Source of the DNA: Actinomycetaceae bacterium
Lineage (GTDB): Bacteria > Actinomycetota > Actinomycetes > Actinomycetales > Actinomycetaceae
Direction: 5' to 3'
DNA: 64,000 nucleotides
NCBI GenBank assembly: GCA_030537735.1
Contig: JAUNVG010000001.1
Location: 238,160-302,159 of the forward strand
Under the pieces are notes generated by a model. That model did not search any database, was not told the origin of the DNA, and worked only from the letters and a program-made list of their open reading frames with translations. This document shows, piece after piece, positions 57,458 through 64,000 of this stretch. Positions within the stretch are counted from its first letter, which is position 1, and every line of letters begins with the position of its first letter. Position numbers and translations under genes: made by a program.

Positions 57458-58711
57458 TTAGCGCGAGCGGGCGCCTAGATACTCGGTAAGTAGCTGCACT
57501 AAACCTTGCGCCACCTGCGCCTTAGTGCCAGCAAAAGACTCCACTTCATTGCCGTTCTTGTCGAGGACGCTCACCCGGTTGTCGACGTCACCGAAACCTT
57601 TGCCGTTGCCGACTTGGTTAACCGCTAAGAAAGTTGCCTTCTTACGCTTGGCTTTTTCTTTTCCGCGCTCTTGCACCGAAGCGTCCTTATCTCCGGTTTC
57701 AGCGGCGAATCCCAAGGTCGCTAGCTGCGGTTTCGCCCTTACCACGGAGGCCAAAATATCTGGATTGGGCACCAGTTCAAGCGTGAGATTGCCCGGATGG
57801 TCGCCCTTCTTCAGCTTCGATTCACTTACGTTTGCGGGACGGTAGTCAGCCACTGCAGCCACGCAGGCCACCACGTCAGCGTTATCTAGACGCTGCATCA
57901 CTGCCGCTTCCATATCGCGGGCGCTGACCACCTCGGTCACCTGCACGCCCGCGGGGATTAGCCGGGCATCCACATTGGCGGCGATCAGTTCCACCTGAGC
58001 ACCTTCAGCGGCTAGAGCCCGCGCCAGCTCACAACCTTGCCGGCCGGAGGAATGATTACCCAAATACCGCACTGGATCCAATGCTTCACGGGTTCCACCG
58101 GCGGTTACAATAGCGTTGATTCCGGCCAGCGCACCGGTAGAGCTTTGCTCAGGTGAGCGGCGAATCTGCCAAGCCCGTGCCGCTATTGCCTCTGGCTCTT
58201 CCATTCGCCCTAAACCGCTATCGCCACTGGACAGTGCCCCGCTAGCCGGACCAATGAAGTGGAAACCACGCTGGCGCAGGACCTGGATATTGTCCTGGGT
58301 GGCGTCAGCTTCCCACATGGCGGTGTGCATCGCAGGGGCTAACAGTACCGGGCAGGACGCAGCTAAAATCGTGTTCGTTAAAAGGTCACCGGCTAGACCG
58401 GCGCGGATCTTAGCCAGCAGGTCAGCGGTAGCGGGAGCAACCACGATCAGGTCAGTTTCACGCGCTGCCTCCACGTGCTCTACTCCCCCACCGCTTGAAA
58501 AAACCGTGGAGCTAACCGGCCGGCCCGTTAAGCCAGACCAGGTGGAAGAGCCAACGAAATGCTCACTGGCAGGAGTGGGTATCACTTCCACCTCAGCGCC
58601 GCCGCGCTGCAATTCGCGCAGCAACAAAGCCGACTTGTAAGCAGCGATACCGGCTCCCACGCCTAAAACAATGCGTGGTGCCTTCCCTGCGCTGCTAACT
58701 GAAGTTGTCAC
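57458..58711 (-). CDS. coaBC: Bifunctional phosphopantothenoylcysteine decarboxylase / phosphopantothenate-cysteine ligase
   Basis: Flavoprotein N-terminal domain ([12 protein letters not shown]) and DFP C-terminal domain ([22 protein letters not shown]). Confidence 0.9.
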   Translation of the reverse strand: MTTSVSSAGKAPRIVLGVGAGIAAYKSALLLRELQRGGAEVEVIPTPASEHFVGSSTWSGLTGRPVSSTVFSSGGGVEHVEAARETDLIVVAPATADLLAKIRAGLAGDLLTNTILAASCPVLLAPAMHTAMWEADATQDNIQVLRQRGFHFIGPASGALSSGDSGLGRMEEPEAIAARAWQIRRSPEQSSTGALAGINAIVTAGGTREALDPVRYLGNHSSGRQGCELARALAAEGAQVELIAANVDARLIPAGVQVTEVVSARDMEAAVMQRLDNADVVACVAAVADYRPANVSESKLKKGDHPGNLTLELVPNPDILASVVRAKPQLATLGFAAETGDKDASVQERGKEKAKRKKATFLAVNQVGNGKGFGDVDNRVSVLDKNGNEVESFAGTKAQVAQGLVQLLTEYLGARSR

Positions 58712-58983
58712 TCCCCAGCCTGTGAGCCTGTCTCCTCCATTACCAGGAGGTCTTCGTTAATCTCACGCAGCGCGGTAGAAAGCGGTTTATCGTCGGGCTC
58801 AACCGGTACCACCGGGCCGACGAACTGAACGGTGTTGGACTCCAACTGCAAGTTGTAAGAGTTGATCTGGCGAGCGCGACGCGCAGCGTAGACCACCAGG
58901 GCGTATTTAGAATCCACCTTCTCCATCAAGTCATCAATCGGTGGGTAGGTGATTCCCTCCGGGTGGGCAACGATTCCCGTCAT
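58708..58983 (-). CDS. rpoZ: DNA-directed RNA polymerase subunit omega
   Basis: Motif [26 protein letters not shown]. Confidence 0.85.
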   Translation of the reverse strand: MTGIVAHPEGITYPPIDDLMEKVDSKYALVVYAARRARQINSYNLQLESNTVQFVGPVVPVEPDDKPLSTALREINEDLLVMEETGSQAGE

Positions 58984-59028
58984 TTGACCATTCCTTAACT
59001 GTCGATGCTCTTAATACTCGCCCCTATC

Positions 59029-59625
59029 TTACGCCAGCTGCATAATGTGGGCTAGCTGCGAAACTGTGTCATCAACCTCGTCATTAACAATCACGTGATT
59101 AAACTCATCTTGCGCTGCCATTTCCGTACGAGCAGTAAGTAGCCGGCGCTCAATCTGCGCATCCGTTTCCGACCCACGCCCACGCAAACGCTTCTCCAGT
59201 TCTTCCCACGACGGCGGGGCAATGAAAATGAACAGTGCTTGCGGCATAGCCTTTCGCACCTGCCTGGCACCATCAAGGTCAATCTCCAACACCGGGGCTC
59301 TGCCCTTCTGCTGAGCGTTTTCCACCGTAGTGCGTAAAGTCCCATAAAAATGGTCACCGTGGACGGTGGCCCACTCCAGGAAATCACCGGCCGCAATGGC
59401 TTCTTCAAAAGCTTCCCGGCTGAGGAAATGGTAGTGAATACCGTTAATCTCCCCATCGCGCGGCGGACGAGTGGTAGCTGAGACACTCAAATCAATCTGC
59501 GGATACAACTGCACTAAACGCTTGAGCACAGTGCCCTTACCCACCCCTGACGGGCCCACTATCACTGTTAGAGGAAAACGGTCGGGGGCGGAACTGTGGT
59601 GCTGGTCGTCAATCATGACTCCCAT
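59029..59625 (-). CDS. gmk: Guanylate kinase
   Basis: P-loop VGPSGVGKGTV and SATTRPPRDGEINGIHYHF. Confidence 0.9.
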   Translation of the reverse strand: MGVMIDDQHHSSAPDRFPLTVIVGPSGVGKGTVLKRLVQLYPQIDLSVSATTRPPRDGEINGIHYHFLSREAFEEAIAAGDFLEWATVHGDHFYGTLRTTVENAQQKGRAPVLEIDLDGARQVRKAMPQALFIFIAPPSWEELEKRLRGRGSETDAQIERRLLTARTEMAAQDEFNHVIVNDEVDDTVSQLAHIMQLA

Positions 59626-59707
59626 GTTGCCACATCTTCCGCCCCCGCTGCCGAAGTGTCACCAAGGATGGTTCGTTAAACGCATCCGCCCACTGACACA
59701 AACGCCA

Positions 59708-61708
59708 CTAAGCGCTGATCTGCAAAAGCTCGCGACGCCCTCGTCCCATAATCCGATCCGGAGTTAAGGTAGCACGCAAAAGCAAGCCCACCGAAGCATC
59801 CCACACCCCTACCCGGCGGGCAGAAGGACGAGTACGGAAACGCTGAGTATTCAAGAAATTCAGCAACCGCACCAGCTGGGCGTAGTTAGCTTTCGAAAGC
59901 TCGTCATATAAGGCGAATACGAACGCAGTTTGAGGATCGGACTCGGCATACTCCAAACGCAAATTCACCGGTTCGAAATCGTTAAGAACCAAGGTGACCT
60001 TCTTGGCCTCAACCAGCGATTCCAAACGCGAAGACGGCAAAGAAAAACAGATCTTCTCAGTGTGGAGGGCCTCCACCTGCACCGGCATCTCCTGTCCGTC
60101 CACCTCCAAAGTGCCAGGAGCCTGGTAAGCCGACAAACGATGACGATGGCGCGGCTGATCCACCGCTGCCGCCAAAGCCCCAAGCAGACACAAAGTATTG
60201 AACAGCAACCAGCCCAGCGGAATCGCGATCGGTAACAGTGCCAGCCAACCATTGAGGTAAACGGTGTAACCGCTCCAAGCGAGCACGCCGAGCGAAGCCA
60301 GGAAAAGCAGTAACTGTGGCCAGGCCTTCTCCCACGCGAAACGCGCATGCCCCGCCTCGCGCCCCTTGCTGGTGACTTGGAAGCCGATATTGTTGCCAAA
60401 GATCGCCTCCTGGAGCACCGCTACCGCGATCTGGGGGGCTTGGGCCAGTTCGTAAATCGAAGTCCACACCGTCTTGAAACGGCCCTTAGTTACCGCGTCG
60501 TAAATGAAACGCGAGTACATGAACTGCGTTGCCCACAGCATCAGGAAGTGGGATAGCTCCCCGCGTAGCAGTTCGATTCCGGAGCTGAGGACAATCATCG
60601 GAAGCAAAAGGAAGGCCATGCGGTAGATGCCGAAGAACCAAAAATGTACCGAATCAAGTAGCAGCCACTTTTGAGCGAAAGACAAGTTACGCAGGCGACG
60701 CGGACCGTACTTCTTCGCCACCTGGATATTGCCCCGACCCCAGCGGATGCGCTGCTTTAAAAGATCAGCGTAGGTTTCCGCCGCTAGACCGGTAGCGAGG
60801 ACCTCATTGACATACACCGATTCAAAGCCGGCGTTTTGCAGCAGCAATCCCGTCGCCATATCTTCGGTGATCACATCAGTTACGAAACCACCCACCTGCG
60901 CCAGTGCGCTGCGGCGGAAAATAGCTCCCGAACCAATGTAGATGGTGGCGTTGAACTTATCGCGCTGCGGTTCGATGAAGCGCATGAAGAAATCCTGGTC
61001 ATTGCGCATGGTGTGTTCACCGAACAGGTTGTTTTGGAACACGTCCTCGTTGTGGAAAGCCTGCGGCACCTGCACGAAAGCCACATTGTGGTTTTGGAAG
61101 TGACCTAAAGTGCGACGCAGGAACTGTGGCTTCAACACCATGTCCGCATCCATGGTGACGATGAACTCCCCGCGGGTGTGCTGCAAGGCGTGGTTTAAGT
61201 TACCCGCCTTAGCGCCCTCGTGGTCATCACGGCGAATGTAACCAACCGACCACTTGCGGGCAAGTTCGCGCATGAACGGGCGGTCACCGTCATCACAGAT
61301 GTAAACGTTGAAGCGATCGCGAGGGTAATCCAGCTGGGTGGCAGCCACCACGGTGGCCTCCACAATGTCAACAGGCTCATTGTAGGTAGCAATGTAAACA
61401 TCAACCGTGGGTACTTCCTGGGCTGGGATCTCCGGAGCCCGCCGGGGCTCAGCAGTTTCCCAAAACAGCATTGCAAAGCCAACGGTTTGGATAATCGCGA
61501 TGATTTCCAGCAGCAAGAATCCCACTCCGAAAGCGATGTTCCAGGCACCGGAAGTAGGAATCGTGTAGGTGACACGCCAGGCTACGTAGAAGGTGGCAAG
61601 CACCAGGTATGCCACGATGAGGGGCTTGCGATAGCCTTCCTTAAAGCGCGCCACCATGCTTATGAGGAAACCCGTAGCTAAGACGGCTAGGAGAATTAAA
61701 AACCACAT
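59708..61708 (-). CDS. Family-2 processive glycosyltransferase, cellulose-synthase (BcsA)-like, with PilZ-like C-terminal region
   Basis: Motifs DDGDR, MDADM and QRIRWGRGN (QxxRW). TM helices lie before and after the GT domain. The C-terminal segment begins QPRHRHR (RxxxR-like). Confidence 0.75.
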   Translation of the reverse strand: MWFLILLAVLATGFLISMVARFKEGYRKPLIVAYLVLATFYVAWRVTYTIPTSGAWNIAFGVGFLLLEIIAIIQTVGFAMLFWETAEPRRAPEIPAQEVPTVDVYIATYNEPVDIVEATVVAATQLDYPRDRFNVYICDDGDRPFMRELARKWSVGYIRRDDHEGAKAGNLNHALQHTRGEFIVTMDADMVLKPQFLRRTLGHFQNHNVAFVQVPQAFHNEDVFQNNLFGEHTMRNDQDFFMRFIEPQRDKFNATIYIGSGAIFRRSALAQVGGFVTDVITEDMATGLLLQNAGFESVYVNEVLATGLAAETYADLLKQRIRWGRGNIQVAKKYGPRRLRNLSFAQKWLLLDSVHFWFFGIYRMAFLLLPMIVLSSGIELLRGELSHFLMLWATQFMYSRFIYDAVTKGRFKTVWTSIYELAQAPQIAVAVLQEAIFGNNIGFQVTSKGREAGHARFAWEKAWPQLLLFLASLGVLAWSGYTVYLNGWLALLPIAIPLGWLLFNTLCLLGALAAAVDQPRHRHRLSAYQAPGTLEVDGQEMPVQVEALHTEKICFSLPSSRLESLVEAKKVTLVLNDFEPVNLRLEYAESDPQTAFVFALYDELSKANYAQLVRLLNFLNTQRFRTRPSARRVGVWDASVGLLLRATLTPDRIMGRGRRELLQISA

Positions 61709-61960
61709 TGCGAACTTCCTTGCGTAGAGGGAATGTTAACGCTGCGATGGTGGAAAAGACCCTTCCGGGCGCGCCACAGAGCACCGGGAAATTACCTAAA
61801 ACCCGGTGGCTCCGTTGACCTTCTCTACCTGGGAACGTGGTTAGGGTTCCCGCGCAGGTTAAGCCGCCAGTTTTTAGGCAACTCCAGCCACCCTAGCACC
61901 GCCTAATCCACCTACCAAAGCTGGGCATAATCTATGCCTGGCCTTTACCTACGGGGGTAT

Positions 61961-61988
61961 TTCCGCCCCCTGTTACCAGGGGGCGGAA
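61961..61988 (-). terminator. Perfect 12-bp stem hairpin just downstream of pyrF
   Basis: TTCCGCCCCCTG-ttac-CAGGGGGCGGAA, 5 nt after the pyrF stop. No clear U-tract on the minus strand. Confidence 0.45.
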
Positions 61989-61992
61989 AGAT

Positions 61993-62880
61993 CTAGTCGG
62001 CTAAAGCCTGGCGCAGATGGGTTTGCAGCTGGTCGACCTGCACCCGCATGGACTGCGGGTCTGGGCCGGCCTGCAGCAAAGAGCGCGAAACGTTTACAAG
62101 CACCTGGCTGCGCACGGTGGCGAAACGCTGGCGAACCTGCTCGGCGGTGGCGCCCTGGGCGCCGAAACCGGGCGCCAGTATAGGTGCGCGAGTGGTGGTC
62201 AAATCTTCTCCTAGGACCTGGGTGGAGTCGGTCACGGTAGCGCCAACTACCACCCCCACCGATCCCAGTTCGACGCTTTCCGACGCACCGGAGGAATCGT
62301 TTGCCTCATTCACCCAACGCATTACCTGGCGAGCCACCGGAACTTCGCTGCCGCCCTCTTGCGACCAAACGCTACGCTGCAGAGCCTGCGCCTGCGGATT
62401 GGAAGTGAGCACCAAGGCGAACAGCCCCTTACCGTGACGCAACGCTAGCTGCACGGTAGCGTCAAACACCTGCGGCCCCAGATACGGCGAAACCGTGATC
62501 GCATCGCAGTCCAAAGCCGCCCCCACCGGTAGGTAGGCTTGGGCGTAGCCATCCATGGTGGAGCCAATGTCGCCACGTTTGACGTCAACCACGGTAAGAA
62601 CCCCGTCGCGGCGAGCCCACTGCAGCATCTGCTCCAAGACCGCCAGGCCAGCGGAGCCGAAACGCTCATAGAAGGCCATCTGCGGTTTCAAGATCGCAGC
62701 CCCAGATAAGCCCTCATAGGCGCGTTTGGTGAACTCAGACAAACCCCGAATGCTATCGTCCAGACCCCACTGCTGCAGCAGGAAAGGGTGCGGGTCGATC
62801 CCCGCACAAAGTGGCCCCAGCTCCCCCATCGCCTGCTGCAGGCGGGAGCCGAAAGGTTTCACACCTGAATCTGTGCTCAC
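61993..62880 (-). CDS. pyrF: Orotidine 5'-phosphate decarboxylase (type 2)
   Basis: Motifs LCAGIDPHP and [12 protein letters not shown]. Overlaps the carB stop. Confidence 0.85.
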   Translation of the reverse strand: MSTDSGVKPFGSRLQQAMGELGPLCAGIDPHPFLLQQWGLDDSIRGLSEFTKRAYEGLSGAAILKPQMAFYERFGSAGLAVLEQMLQWARRDGVLTVVDVKRGDIGSTMDGYAQAYLPVGAALDCDAITVSPYLGPQVFDATVQLALRHGKGLFALVLTSNPQAQALQRSVWSQEGGSEVPVARQVMRWVNEANDSSGASESVELGSVGVVVGATVTDSTQVLGEDLTTTRAPILAPGFGAQGATAEQVRQRFATVRSQVLVNVSRSLLQAGPDPQSMRVQVDQLQTHLRQALAD

Positions 62881-64000
62881 TTCGCACCTGCCTTCTCATC
62901 CGCACCCAAGGCCGCATGTCGCTGCGCCCGGGCGGCGTCATACTCTTGCAGGGAACGGATCTCAAAACTGCCTAAACGCTGCGCCTCAATCGCCTGCACC
63001 GCGGCGCCGAAAGACTGCAAGGTGGTGATGATCGCGATCCCCGCGGAAGTCGCCGCCGTGCGAATCGCGTAACCATCGCGGCGAGTTGACTGACCCTGCG
63101 GGGTGTTGACCACCATGTTAATCTCCCCGCGGTGAATCAAATCCACCACCGTCGGAGCCCCGCTGCCACGTTCGGATTCCTTCGCCACCGACTTCACTTC
63201 AATCCCGTGACGACGCAAAACCGAGGCGGTACCGGAAGTTGCCAGCACCTCGAACCCAAGATCCACCAACCGCTGGACTGGGAACACCACCGCCCGCTTA
63301 TCGCTATCGGCAATCGAAACGAAAACTGTACCTTCACTGGGTAAACCACCGTACGCCGCTACCTGCGACTTATTGAAAGCCTGCGGGAAAGACATGTCGT
63401 GACCCATTACCTCCCCGGTAGAGCGCATCTCCGGGCCCAGTAAAGTATCGACCACGTTGCCTGTGCGATCACGGAAACGGTGGAAGGGCAATACCGCTTC
63501 CTTCACCGACACCGGCTCTTCCAAATCCGTGAACGAAGCATCCACCACCGGCAGATCCCCACTGGCACGCAACTGCGAAATACTGGCACCAAGCTGGATC
63601 TTCGCCGCCGCCCGCGCCAGGGAGGCTCCCAACGCCTTGGACGCAAACGGCACCGTACGAGAAGCACGCGGATTAGCCTCAATCACGTACAGCACGTCCG
63701 AAGCCAAAGCGAACTGGATATTCAACAGCCCGCGCACTCCCACGCCGGCGGCGATGGCCTTCGTGGAGTCACAAATGCGGCGAATCTGACGTTCCGACAG
63801 TGACATCGGCGGCATCACGCAAGCGGAGTCACCGGAGTGAATCCCCGCTTCCTCAATATGCTCCATAATCCCTCCCATGAACAGTTCCTCACCGTCATAG
63901 AGGGCATCGACGTCGATCTCCACCGCATCATCTAAGAAACGATCGATTAGCAGTGGCCCGGAAGCGAAACTGACCTCACCCAAACGCTGCAGGTACGATT
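62877..64000 (-). CDS. carB: Carbamoyl-phosphate synthase large subunit, C-terminal part (5' end outside window)
   Basis: Second ATP-grasp end ([17 protein letters not shown]), oligomerisation region and MGS-like allosteric domain. The ORF remains open to the window edge. Confidence 0.9.
   Translation of the reverse strand, partial: SYLQRLGEVSFASGPLLIDRFLDDAVEIDVDALYDGEELFMGGIMEHIEEAGIHSGDSACVMPPMSLSERQIRRICDSTKAIAAGVGVRGLLNIQFALASDVLYVIEANPRASRTVPFASKALGASLARAAAKIQLGASISQLRASGDLPVVDASFTDLEEPVSVKEAVLPFHRFRDRTGNVVDTLLGPEMRSTGEVMGHDMSFPQAFNKSQVAAYGGLPSEGTVFVSIADSDKRAVVFPVQRLVDLGFEVLATSGTASVLRRHGIEVKSVAKESERGSGAPTVVDLIHRGEINMVVNTPQGQSTRRDGYAIRTAATSAGIAIITTLQSFGAAVQAIEAQRLGSFEIRSLQEYDAARAQRHAALGADEKAGAK

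Noticed and set aside
59708-59800. The C-terminal peptide of the GT2 protein (TPDRIMGRGRRELLQ) vaguely resembles the C-terminus of mIHF (..RRLRGLG.RQR..LLE), suggesting a fused mIHF remnant.
   Set aside because: The similarity spans about 15 residues and needs gaps. The rest of mIHF is not detectable, so this is most likely chance.
61709-61960. c-di-GMP (GEMM) riboswitch in the 284-nt leader of the BcsA-like gene.
   Set aside because: I could not recognise GEMM-I/II conserved nucleotides by eye. This remains untested without a covariance-model scan.

Overview
High-GC actinobacterial chromosome segment (Actinomycetales-like; species not determinable from sequence alone). About 57 protein genes, one tRNA-Pro(GGG) and one FMN riboswitch. 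Most of the window is conserved housekeeping synteny that matches blocks of the Mycobacterium tuberculosis gene order. These are xerD-parA-scpAB-rluB-(tyrA)-cmk/der; DUF881-sbp-DUF881-garA-merR-merR; rbpA/ppm1-lnt; helY-tatC-tatA-pafC-pafB; hisG-hisE; and carB-pyrF...gmk-rpoZ-coaBC-metK-priA...fmt-rsmB-rpe. Accessory or rearranged loci interrupt this backbone. (1) An uncharacterised module of two paralogous Trp-rich membrane proteins plus a membrane-anchored SRPBCC-like protein, next to tRNA-Pro (9.0-12.7 kb). (2) rlmC, an alpha/beta hydrolase, a choloylglycine-hydrolase-family Ntn hydrolase, and a TAXI-TRAP transporter. (3) A nucleobase permease fused to an OHCU-decarboxylase-like domain. (4) A TetR-controlled MMPL / YhgE-Pip operon in which the MMPL carries a degenerate ABC-ATPase-like tail. 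(5) An FMN-riboswitch-controlled ThiXY-like (RibXY-type) importer at the position where actinobacteria usually have the riboflavin biosynthesis operon. (6) pafBC retained without any Pup-proteasome genes. (7) A BcsA-like GT2 synthase where mIHF normally lies. No CRISPR arrays, transposases, integrases or prophage genes were seen. All calls come from reading the translations and the DNA by eye; no database search or computation was run.
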